From Myxococcota bacterium (lineage in GTDB: Bacteria; Myxococcota; SpSt-1050), in contig JBMFOP010000057.1 in NCBI GenBank assembly GCA_049969675.1, positions 1-20,458 on the forward strand: DNA of 20,458 bases. The letters are read 5' to 3'. The notes beneath the pieces were generated by a model, which ran no database searches, had not been told where the DNA came from, and saw only the letters and a list, made by a program, of their open reading frames with translations. Shown one piece after another: positions 1 through 8,510 of this stretch; within the stretch, counting starts at the first letter, position 1, and the number at the start of each line of letters is the position of its first letter. The translations under genes and the position numbers were made by a program.

Positions 1-24
1 ACAAAAATACATCTGACTACTCAT
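1..24 (-). CDS. 5' end of a divergent gene running out of the window (MSSQMYFC...)
   Basis: ATG at 24-22 on the minus strand, preceded by a strong SD (GGGAGGTGG, 37-29). Only 8 codons are visible, so the product cannot be identified. Confidence 0.5.
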
Positions 25-268
25 ATTACCACCTCCCTATTAGGATTTTTAGAGGGTATTAATAGCTCTCTCTCACTCAACCTCCCGATTAAGATGAGCC
101 ATTTATGCTCAATCAACTTATATGAGACTAAGAGAGCACAAAATAAACTCCTTAATGAGCCTATGAGCTCAGGTGAAATGGTATTTTATACCCCCTTAGT
201 CTCTATTTTATACATTATTAGCATATTAATAAACATAAATTTTAATATAATTTAAACTAGGAGGTGCT

Positions 269-964
269 ATGAAAAAAATATCCTTTTTGCTTTTTCTAAT
301 GCTCGTTTTTTCAAAAACATTAATTGCCCATGACTTATGGGTGGAGGAGGAGAATGGTGAGTTTAAGCTTTTATATGGTCACAAGCACTCCTCACACGAA
401 GGAGCAGCAATAATGGAGTATAAACCAGAATTTGTAAAATATGTCAAATGTTATTCAAAAGGGAGAACTCAAGAATTAAACTTTGAAAAGGTCTACCCGG
501 TGAGTTTTAAGGCTGATTGTGATGAAGTATATATAATGTTTAGTTCTGGTTATTGGACAAAAACTGTATATGGAACAAAGAATGTTTCAAAAGAAAGTGA
601 AAAGCAGGTGGTGAAGAGCTGGTTCTCTATTGAGTCTGTAAAATATATAAGAAACCTCAAATTACCAAACAAAACCCCTATATCAGATGACCTTGAGATT
701 GTTCCGCTTTCAGACCTTTCAAAGATTAAGATTGGAGACAAGTTAAGAATCAAAGTATTTTATAAAGGAAGACCAAGAAAGGATGTGGTGGTTGCGTATG
801 ATGATAAACCTCGTGGCACCACAGATGAGGAAGGGAATATCAATATCACCTTGAAGAAATCTGGATTTCAAGTAATATCAGCATCAATTACTGAAAAGGA
901 TGATGGGGTAAAGGCGGATGAAAGGATAACAACAACCAATCTCAATTTTATTATTAAGGAGTAA
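269..964 (+). CDS. Periplasmic DUF4198/COG5266 (NikK-like) accessory protein of a Ni/Co ECF transporter
   Basis: Signal peptide ending IA-HDLW, YGH motif, LEIVP...GDKLRIKVFYKGRP...TTDEEG beta-sandwich pattern, SD AGGAGG. First gene of a nikMQO operon. Confidence 0.85.
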   Translation: MKKISFLLFLMLVFSKTLIAHDLWVEEENGEFKLLYGHKHSSHEGAAIMEYKPEFVKYVKCYSKGRTQELNFEKVYPVSFKADCDEVYIMFSSGYWTKTVYGTKNVSKESEKQVVKSWFSIESVKYIRNLKLPNKTPISDDLEIVPLSDLSKIKIGDKLRIKVFYKGRPRKDVVVAYDDKPRGTTDEEGNINITLKKSGFQVISASITEKDDGVKADERITTTNLNFIIKE

Positions 965-967
965 ATA

Positions 968-1408
968 ATGAAATACCTGACCACTTTTTTATTTTTATTG
1001 TTTCCTCTTTGTTTATTTGCACACGATGTCCACTATACAATTTCAAATGGGGGCGCATATATAATTGATATTTACTATGCCGATGGCACAAAGTTTGCGT
1101 TTGAATCTTATGAGATCTATAGGCCGAATAATGAGAAGGCCGCCTATCAGGTGGGGAGGACAAATGCCATCGGGAGAATTGCCTTTGTGCCAGATTCTGC
1201 GGGAAAGTGGACTGTAAAAGCCTTTTCAGATGATGGACACGGTGTGACATTCTCAATTGATGTAAAGGAAGGGGCAACCAGGGCTGAGAAGAGAGTGGAT
1301 TTCTTTGAGAGGTTTGCAAGACCAATCTTTGGTTTGGGAATAATTTTAATAATCTTTGCAGTAATTAACATCTTTTTAAGGAGGAAGAAAGATGAGAAAA
1401 GTATTTAG
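968..1408 (+). CDS. NikL-like membrane-anchored periplasmic protein
   Basis: Signal peptide ending FA-HDVH, YADG...GRTNAIGRIAFVPDSAGKW...DGHG pattern, and a C-terminal TM helix with a basic tail. Starts 3 nt after the upstream gene. Confidence 0.7.
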   Translation: MKYLTTFLFLLFPLCLFAHDVHYTISNGGAYIIDIYYADGTKFAFESYEIYRPNNEKAAYQVGRTNAIGRIAFVPDSAGKWTVKAFSDDGHGVTFSIDVKEGATRAEKRVDFFERFARPIFGLGIILIIFAVINIFLRRKKDEKSI

Positions 1409-2381
1409 TATTTTGGTCTTTTGTTTAGTAAGTGGATTTGTAATTCCATTGTACGCTCATCATGGTGTTGCTGCCGTTGGTGCTGCCGGTCTTGAGGGGC
1501 CGGGAGCGCCACTGGAGACATCCACTTCACAGACCTTACCGACGAAGTCAGTTCTATTATATTACAAACTTGATTATGCAAATTTCAAAAAATATACCGA
1601 CGAGCGAGATGATGAAGGTGATTACAATATCTTCACGATGTATGGGATTGGATATGGGATTACAAGTTATCTCTCGGTTTATGCATTTGTCCCTCTCTAT
1701 ATAAAGACGGTTGAGAACAACTCTTATAATACTGCTGGCTTTGCAGACCCTTCTCTCTTTGGCACATTCTCTTTTAAGTATGACGAAGGGCTAAGGCTAA
1801 CGCCACCAAATGAGAGTCTGGATGATATGATGGACTGGCATTTTGCTCTATATGGTGGTGTTACACTTCCGACTGGATATTCCAATATCGCTGATGCGGA
1901 GGGGAAGATAGACCCCGGTATGTCGTTGGGCTTTGGGAAGCCGTCGGTTACGGGAGGATTTGCAACAAATAAGGGATTTATGGAGAGGTTTACATTTGTT
2001 CTGGACATTAATTATGCCAAATTCTTTGAGAACGAATACAAAGATGGCAATAAACTTGAATTTGGTCCAGAATTTAGAGTAAATACAGCCCTTAATTATA
2101 GATTGTTGACAATTGCTGAAAAGAAGATGAGACTGGATCTGAACCTTGAAGGGACATATCTGAATCTGGGTAGAGATGTTGAGAATGGAGAAGGGGCAAA
2201 GGCGACAGGTGGTAATATATTTTACATCCTGCCGGGTCTTAGATTCTATGCAAACAATGTAAGTATTGGGCTCGGTGCAAAGTTCCCCGTATATACAATC
2301 CTCAATGAATCAGATGAGCAACAGGGTGCAGAGGGCAAAGAGAATGTGAGAATAATTTTTACCTTTTCTACGCTACTTTAA
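1392..2381 (+). CDS. Putative outer-membrane beta-barrel channel (MetA-pathway/'transporter'-like family) in the nickel operon
   Basis: Signal peptide ending YA-HHG, alternating aromatic/hydrophobic beta-strands, GFADPS and GVTLPTG motifs. Overlaps the upstream gene. Confidence 0.7.
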   Translation: MRKVFSILVFCLVSGFVIPLYAHHGVAAVGAAGLEGPGAPLETSTSQTLPTKSVLLYYKLDYANFKKYTDERDDEGDYNIFTMYGIGYGITSYLSVYAFVPLYIKTVENNSYNTAGFADPSLFGTFSFKYDEGLRLTPPNESLDDMMDWHFALYGGVTLPTGYSNIADAEGKIDPGMSLGFGKPSVTGGFATNKGFMERFTFVLDINYAKFFENEYKDGNKLEFGPEFRVNTALNYRLLTIAEKKMRLDLNLEGTYLNLGRDVENGEGAKATGGNIFYILPGLRFYANNVSIGLGAKFPVYTILNESDEQQGAEGKENVRIIFTFSTLL

Positions 2382-2435
2382 GGTTGCAATTGATTACGGT
2401 GTTAAAGATTAATAGATTTCAATCAAAGGTGTAAT

Positions 2436-3092
2436 ATGCATATACCAGATGGTTTCATCTCTCCCAAGGTATATATCCCTGCATATGCCATTTCCACCGG
2501 GCTATGGGCGTACTCTGCGGCAAGATTGAAGAAGGTGCTCTCTTACGAGACCCTCCCTTTTTTGAGTGCAACCACAGCATTTTCATTTGTCCTGATGATG
2601 GTTGTGGTGCCTTTGCCGGGAGGGACCACCGCCCATGCCCTTGGAATTGGTCCCCTTGCGATTTTATTTGGACCCAATATCGCCTTTTTGTGTATCAGTC
2701 TTGTGCTGCTTCTTCAGGCTCTCTTTTTCGGGAATGGAGGTATTACCACTCTCCCAATTAATGCACTTGCAATCGGTTTTGCTGGTAGTTACTCCCTCTA
2801 TTACATTTACAATCTACTCAAAAAATATCAGAAGATAGCAATCATTGTTTCATCCATCTTTGCTGTCTTGCTTGCTGCTCTCTTACTCGCAGTTGTATTG
2901 GGTATTCAGCCGTTGATCGCCACCGATGAAAGTGGGAAGCCGCTCTTCTTCCCGTTCGGGCTAAAGGTTACTCTTCCAGCAATGCTTGTTCCACATATTT
3001 TTGTTGGAGTTGCAGAGGCTTTATTGACATTGATAGCTGTCTCTGTTATTAAGAGGTTTGATAGAGAGAGAATCTTTGATAGAGAGAATTAA
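2436..3092 (+). CDS. nikM: ECF S-component NikM (CbiM/NikM family)
   Basis: N-terminal MHIPDGF (NikM-type; CbiM usually begins MHIMEG), GTTAHALG, LQALFFGNGG, PHIFVGVAE motifs; multi-TM protein. Confidence 0.92.
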   Translation: MHIPDGFISPKVYIPAYAISTGLWAYSAARLKKVLSYETLPFLSATTAFSFVLMMVVVPLPGGTTAHALGIGPLAILFGPNIAFLCISLVLLLQALFFGNGGITTLPINALAIGFAGSYSLYYIYNLLKKYQKIAIIVSSIFAVLLAALLLAVVLGIQPLIATDESGKPLFFPFGLKVTLPAMLVPHIFVGVAEALLTLIAVSVIKRFDRERIFDREN

Positions 3093-3624
3093 ACTCATAG
3101 TTTATATATTTCTTGTCTTACTGCAAACACTGCTGCACTCAATATCCTTTTTTTTAATCTTTCTTCTTGTCCTGATTCTCCTTGATATTAGATTCTTTGT
3201 AAGAAAGATAAGACAGGTGCTTTTATGTGTTTTTACATTTAATTTGATTATAAGTATCTCCTATCTGATTATGTCATACATAAATAATTCTTTAAATTTA
3301 CAATATATAGCCCTTATTAATCTCCGTGTCCTTTCTATCACATATTCTACCTTTTTCTTCGCAGGGCATACAAATCTATTCTCTGCCCTCTCATTTTCAA
3401 AGGGGCTTTCATTCTTGCTGGCATTAACATACAGTCAGATTATCAACTTCAAGAGGATAATGGATAATATTAATCTTGCACATAAGAGCAGGGTGTTGGT
3501 ACCAAATAGAGAGAACTTTAAGGTCTTCTCCTCTCATAGCATCTGGCTTTTCTTTACTAAATCAATCCATAATGCTAAAGAGAGTTCCCTTGCGATGCGT
3601 TCAAGAGGGTTCCTTGATGATTGA
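3058..3624 (+). CDS. nikQ: ECF T-component NikQ (CbiQ-like)
   Basis: Hydrophobic N-terminal half and two Arg motifs (AHKSR, AMRSRG). The start is TTG 3058 or TTG 3076. Confidence 0.85.
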   Translation: MIERESLIERIKLIVYIFLVLLQTLLHSISFFLIFLLVLILLDIRFFVRKIRQVLLCVFTFNLIISISYLIMSYINNSLNLQYIALINLRVLSITYSTFFFAGHTNLFSALSFSKGLSFLLALTYSQIINFKRIMDNINLAHKSRVLVPNRENFKVFSSHSIWLFFTKSIHNAKESSLAMRSRGFLDD

Positions 3625-4387
3625 GTTAAAAAATGTATCTTTTGCTTATAATGATAAGGTGATTCTTGATAATATAAATCTTGCTTTTAATAAGAATGAG
3701 AGGATTGTGCTTCTGGGTATAAATGGCTCCGGGAAATCAACACTTATGAAGATTCTCTGTGGACTCTTGTTCCCAAAGAGAGGAGAGTTTTATTTCAAGG
3801 GTAATCTTGTAGATAAAAACTACTTTAAGAATCCAGAGAATCAATATCTATTTAGGGGCTCTGTGGTAATGCTATTTCAGTCACCCGATGTAATGCTATT
3901 TAACCCAACTGTATATGATGAAGTTGCCTTTGGATTGCGGCAGAGGAGAATGGGTGAAAACGAGGTCAAAGAGAGGACCCTCTACTGGATAGAAAAGTTC
4001 GGTCTAAAGAGGTACATAGATGAACCGCCTTTTGAATTATCTGGAGGAGAGAAGCAGAGGCTTGCAATTGCATCTATTCTGGCAATAGAGCCAGAAGTTG
4101 TACTCCTTGATGAGCCTATGGCGAATCTGGACCCAGGGAGCCAGGGCGAGGTAATAGACCTTTTATATGAGCTGAATATTACAACCGTTATCAGCACACA
4201 CAATCTCTCAATGGCTCCGGAATTAGGGGAGAGGGTGGTCATCCTTTCTGAGAGCCATAAAATTATTTACGATGGGGATATGGAAGGGTTATTGACCAAT
4301 GAAGAGATTCTGATTGAGGCAAATCTCGTCCACCGACACAGGCATAAGCATAAAGAGATAGACCACACGCACTATCATAAACATTGA
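3617..4387 (+). CDS. nikO: ECF ATPase NikO (CbiO-like) with His-rich C-terminus
   Basis: Walker A GINGSGKST, FQSPD Q-loop, LSGGEKQR, Walker B VLLDEP. The likely start is ATG 3617 (MIELKNVSF), overlapping the nikQ stop, rather than 3476. Confidence 0.92.
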   Translation: MIELKNVSFAYNDKVILDNINLAFNKNERIVLLGINGSGKSTLMKILCGLLFPKRGEFYFKGNLVDKNYFKNPENQYLFRGSVVMLFQSPDVMLFNPTVYDEVAFGLRQRRMGENEVKERTLYWIEKFGLKRYIDEPPFELSGGEKQRLAIASILAIEPEVVLLDEPMANLDPGSQGEVIDLLYELNITTVISTHNLSMAPELGERVVILSESHKIIYDGDMEGLLTNEEILIEANLVHRHRHKHKEIDHTHYHKH

Positions 4388-4717
4388 ATCTGGTTTTATG
4401 AGACATTGATCTGTTCCAAGGCTGGCAAAGGGGCAAAGTTACCAATGGAAATAAAACCTCTGGTACCTTTACATTCGTGCCAGATACAGAACAATTTTTT
4501 AACGGATATTGAAGTTGGACAACATTTTAGGTTCATTAATCGCAACTTCTACACAAAATGGACAGAAGATTTTTCAAGTATTTTGTTTTCGGCTATGCCG
4601 AATCAGTGAATATTGAAAAAGATGGTAATCTGATCCTGAGAGTGAGGATTCACCCATTCAAAATCAAGATTTTTAAATAAATCGTTCTACACAGCGCAAA
4701 TAGGCAATGATTGACTA

Positions 4718-6382
4718 TTATAACATCTTTATAATACATTCTCTCTTTGCAGGGTCTGGTTCTAATTGATAGATGATTCTTAAAATAGATTTATCTTTGA
4801 GGTCTTTTAGAAGATCAATTTCAATCGCCTCTGATGGGTTATTTAAAATCGGTACATTTAGTGAAAATCCAGTCTTTTGAAGAAGTGAGGAGATCTCCTT
4901 CTCTTTTTCTGATATGATGTTATAAATATCCGATTTCTCGCCAAAGGTAATCTTTGAAATTTCGGATTCTCTTCTCAAAATTAATTGAACCCCCTTAATA
5001 TCAAATAATATCTTTCCGGGACAACCATCTACACAGGAGGACTGCAGTTGCGAGATTGTAGAGAAGAGCAATTTTAGATGTTCATTCATTACTGATTTTA
5101 TAAAAGAGCTATAGCCCTTTTCATAAGCCTTAACAAGTAATAGATATTGGAGGAGAATGTCTTCTTTTGAATCCAGAAATGTCTTATTAAGTATGCTATT
5201 CTCTCTATCATAATCATCTGTATCGTCAAAGAAGAGTCCTCTAATAACAGAGTATATCGGTCTATCTCTATTGACAAAGAAAATAAAATTGAAGAGCCTC
5301 CTGTTTCTCTCTTCTGTTGAGAGTGATTTAATTGTTTCGTAAAGTTCAATCCTTTCCAGAATTGATGAATTAATAAATAGTTCAATCAGACTCCACGCTG
5401 TTATCGGGTTCAGTGGGTATGACTTTATATAAAGGTAAGATAATCTCCTCTTCTCCATATCTTCACCACTCAGGTCTTTATAATATTCTTCAATTTTGAT
5501 ATAATTGTTGTAGTAGTTCCTGAGTAGCTTCAATGTATTCTCAATCTCAACCTCATTCTTCTTTTTAAGGAAAAATTTATTTATTGCCCCTCTTTTTAAA
5601 TCCTTAGAGGCGAGTCTCTTGAGACTGCTGAGAATATTTTTACACTCTGAATAATTCTTATCTGTCTTTGATAAAATTTCCTCCAAACCGCTCTTACCAG
5701 GAATAAATTTATAACCCATCTCTATAAGATTGTTTATGCCATCTGTAAGGCAGGTCTGTGAGAGTCGATCAACCAGATCGCTTAAAAGGATTTTGAAAAT
5801 TTCACCTCTTTTATTATCATCTGGAAAGCGACCAAGGAAAGTCTCCGCATAATAGACATCACCTTTTAAGATTCTATCAAATAGAATTTTTGAGAGGCGT
5901 GTCTCCATCTCACCATAGTGTGGACTATCCCTGTTTTTTGCGAGAAATGATTCTATCTGTTGTGGGTCATCACTATTCTTAATTTTATTATACTCAATTT
6001 CAAATAACATCTCCTGTGCCTTTTGCTTCAATTCCTTATTGGTTGCATAATAACGGAATATCTCAAGGGCAGTCCCTGTATTCTTCTTCTTTGCCTCTTC
6101 AAACCTGATCTCATCCAGCAAATCTTTTAGACGTTCTGAACGGGGATCCGTTGGGAATTCTGAGATAAATCGCTTTATCAATATAATATCCCTGCTACTT
6201 ACTGCCTGCATAAAGAGCATATCTTTTATCTTTGAAAGAGCGACTTCCACATCCAGCGAATCCGGATTCTCGGTGATAAATCTATAGTATGCATCCACTG
6301 TATTTATTCTCTCTGCCTCATTGATTGTAAATTTTGCAGTACAGGATATAGAAAATATTAAAAGAAGTAAAATTCCTCTCAT
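4718..6382 (-). CDS. Hypothetical lipoprotein with N-terminal TPR-like helical repeats
   Basis: Short hydrophobic leader ending SISC (lipobox-like). Repeated F[IL]xx[FN]P[DT][SD]-like units: RFITENPDS, RFISEFPTD, SFLAKNRDS, TFLGRFPDD. Confidence 0.75.
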   Translation of the reverse strand: MRGILLLLIFSISCTAKFTINEAERINTVDAYYRFITENPDSLDVEVALSKIKDMLFMQAVSSRDIILIKRFISEFPTDPRSERLKDLLDEIRFEEAKKKNTGTALEIFRYYATNKELKQKAQEMLFEIEYNKIKNSDDPQQIESFLAKNRDSPHYGEMETRLSKILFDRILKGDVYYAETFLGRFPDDNKRGEIFKILLSDLVDRLSQTCLTDGINNLIEMGYKFIPGKSGLEEILSKTDKNYSECKNILSSLKRLASKDLKRGAINKFFLKKKNEVEIENTLKLLRNYYNNYIKIEEYYKDLSGEDMEKRRLSYLYIKSYPLNPITAWSLIELFINSSILERIELYETIKSLSTEERNRRLFNFIFFVNRDRPIYSVIRGLFFDDTDDYDRENSILNKTFLDSKEDILLQYLLLVKAYEKGYSSFIKSVMNEHLKLLFSTISQLQSSCVDGCPGKILFDIKGVQLILRRESEISKITFGEKSDIYNIISEKEKEISSLLQKTGFSLNVPILNNPSEAIEIDLLKDLKDKSILRIIYQLEPDPAKRECIIKML

Positions 6383-6560
6383 AATCAGTAGTTTATCATC
6401 AATATTTATTATTTCAAATATAACTTAATATCTATTTTCAATTTCTACAACCGTTGGAGGCTAATTTTCTTTCTAATTCCAGACCCTCAAGAAGTTGCAT
6501 AAATAAACACTTGATAAGAGAGATAAATTGAATTATCAGAAAGGTGGAGGAGGATAGGTT

Positions 6561-6980
6561 ATGAAATCATACAGAAAAGAGCTCTGGTTTAATACAGACA
6601 AAAGAGTAGAATTTATAAATATAACGTCAGAGGTAGAAAAGGCTGTAAAAGAGAGCGGAGTAAGAGAGGGATTATGTCTTGTAAATGCAATGCATATTAC
6701 TGCCTCTGTATTTATTAATGATGATGAGTCTGGATTACATTCTGATTATGAGAGATGGCTTGAGGAACTCGCACCCCATGAACCTGTAAGTAGATATTTA
6801 CACAATAGGACGGGAGAAGAAAATGGAGATGCTCACATAAAAAGACAGCTAATGGGGAGGGAGGTGGTTGTTGCTATTACAGACGGAAGACTGGATTTCG
6901 GACCATGGGAACAGATATTTTATGGAGAGTTTGATGGCAGACGAAGGAAGAGAGTCTTAATAAAAATCATCGGAGAGTGA
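6561..6980 (+). CDS. yjbQ: YjbQ/UPF0047 family protein (secondary thiamine-phosphate synthase)
   Basis: [16 protein letters not shown] and [16 protein letters not shown] motifs; strong SD GGAGGAGG. Confidence 0.93.
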   Translation: MKSYRKELWFNTDKRVEFINITSEVEKAVKESGVREGLCLVNAMHITASVFINDDESGLHSDYERWLEELAPHEPVSRYLHNRTGEENGDAHIKRQLMGREVVVAITDGRLDFGPWEQIFYGEFDGRRRKRVLIKIIGE

Positions 6981-7010
6981 ATCAATGTTTAGTAGATAAT
7001 TTTCTGTTAT

Positions 7011-7133
7011 TTAATAATTTGTATCTGATATAACTTCACCAATCTTATTTAATGAGTCGTTGGTATTAGAATAAAAATTGAGTGCCAGGATGGCGAATAT
7101 TGAGATTATGATAAATATGATAAACCTCTTCAT
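7011..7133 (-). CDS. Small 40-aa single-TM protein (MKRFIIFIIISIFAILALNFYSNTNDSLNKIGEVISDTNY)
   Basis: GGAGG at 7148-7144, ATG at 7133, TAA at 7013-7011. Basic N-terminus followed by a hydrophobic helix. Below the ORF-track length cutoff. Confidence 0.45.
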   Translation of the reverse strand: MKRFIIFIIISIFAILALNFYSNTNDSLNKIGEVISDTNY

Positions 7134-7549
7134 TGCTCAAGTACCTCCCGAGCAGTAGCCTATTTGTACCTATTTGGTTTTAAAGTCAATATAAAAACAA
7201 ATCAGGCGATTTAGTAATTTTATTGGTGTATTTATTCAGATATTTACAAAAAACTGATAGACATTCATATTATAGGCCCAGATCCAGTTAAATATAAACA
7301 CCAGACCTTACTTGATATAATCCTGATACGCCATAGCTGAAACCAGAAGTCCTGTAGAATGTCTGTATTATTTATCACTATTAGCGGCCTGAGTTTTGTA
7401 AAAAATCTTCTGCGCATTTTGCATGGAAGTTATGATTAAAGAATCTAAAATCCACATAAATAAATATAGAAGACAATAAAAGGTTAATTTCCTATTTTCT
7501 CAGCACCTGTCTTATAAATAGAGAATTTATTCAATAGGGAGTTGAAATC

Positions 7550-8140
7550 TTACTTTTTCTTAATCAGTTCAATCTCTATGTTAATCTCAACATCATTTCC
7601 TACAACAAGGCCACCCTTATCAAGTGTCATATTCCAGTTTATTCCAAAGTCTTTTCTGTTAATTTTCGTCTTTGCACTAAATCCTACTCTAATATTTCCC
7701 ATTGGGTCAATAGCCTCTATGCCCGTACTTTCCACATCAAGAACCACCTCTTTTGTAACGCCATGCATCGTGAGGTCTCCGGTAACCTTCAGTTTTGTAG
7801 CTGATATCTTCTTTATCTTCTTTGCCTTAAAATCAATAATAGGATATTTCTCAACATCAAAGAAATCTGGACTTTTAAGGTGTGCATCTCTCTTTGGATC
7901 ACGGGTATTGATGCTATCTACATAAATCTTTGCCTCAACAGTCGATTTCTCTACAGCGTCTTTCTCTCCCTCAACTTTGACATCAAACTTTTCAAATTCA
8001 CCCCTGACATTTGAGATACCCAGATGCCTGACAGAGAAGGCAACAATTGAATGAGATCTATCCAGTTCCCATTCTGCTGCAAATAGTTTGGCAGAGAAGA
8101 TTACAAGTAACATTAAAATTGACAATATTCCTTTCTTCAT
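7550..8140 (-). CDS. yceI: YceI-family periplasmic polyisoprenoid/lipid-binding protein
   Basis: WELDRSHS..FSVRHLG, SINT...RDAHLKSPDFFDVEKYP, GDLTMHGVTK and NRKDFGI motifs, plus a signal peptide. SD GGAGG at 8150-8146 favours ATG 8140. Confidence 0.93.
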   Translation of the reverse strand: MKKGILSILMLLVIFSAKLFAAEWELDRSHSIVAFSVRHLGISNVRGEFEKFDVKVEGEKDAVEKSTVEAKIYVDSINTRDPKRDAHLKSPDFFDVEKYPIIDFKAKKIKKISATKLKVTGDLTMHGVTKEVVLDVESTGIEAIDPMGNIRVGFSAKTKINRKDFGINWNMTLDKGGLVVGNDVEINIEIELIKKK

Positions 8141-8510
8141 AAACACCTCCAGATTCTATTAAGATTCAAATATAGTCAAAAAGATTATTCTATTTTAATT
8201 TTTTTTTAATTTCATAATTCAATATGCCGCGAGGACTGGTGGACAGAAGGGCATTACTATAAGTGACTCCCAAAAGGCAAATCGTTTTATTCCTTTTACT
8301 CTCATAAATTTCAAGAATTTCCTCTACAAATAAAATCCACTTTCAATTAGGTTATGTATATATCTGTGGAGCCTGTAAAATTTATTCTGAAATATTGAAT
8401 TAAATAATTAGAAGATTCGAATTATAACGATATATAGACTGCAAGAAAATTTAAACCTTTAAAAATGAAACGCTCTATGTTAATTCACATCTTAATGTGT
8501 GTTGAGGCTT

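Noticed and set aside
150..203. TPP-riboswitch-like words on the minus strand (GGGG...ATACC...ACCTGA)
   Set aside because: The essential CUGAGA and the GCGnAGGG elements are absent.
210..270. NikR operator upstream of the nickel operon
   Set aside because: Half-site-like words (TAGCAT, TAATA, GTGCTA) are present, but there is no convincing dyad with proper spacing in this very AT-rich DNA.
3476..3616. N-terminal extension of the ATPase ORF given in the track
   Set aside because: It overlaps nikQ in another frame; the ABC fold begins at ATG 3617.
4388..4717. 67-aa ORF 4406..4609 and nearby short frames
   Set aside because: No SD and no recognisable motif. It may be a decayed gene, but this cannot be supported without a search.
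7240..7420. Minus-strand frame GFSYGVSGLYQVRSGVYI*LDLGL resembling a beta-barrel relic
   Set aside because: Too short and interrupted by stops to call by eye.
8220..8290. GC-richer islet with ATGCC/GGCAT and AAAGGCAAA (c-di-GMP-I riboswitch-like word)
   Set aside because: Lacks the GAAA-capped stem and the GCAAAG partner motif.
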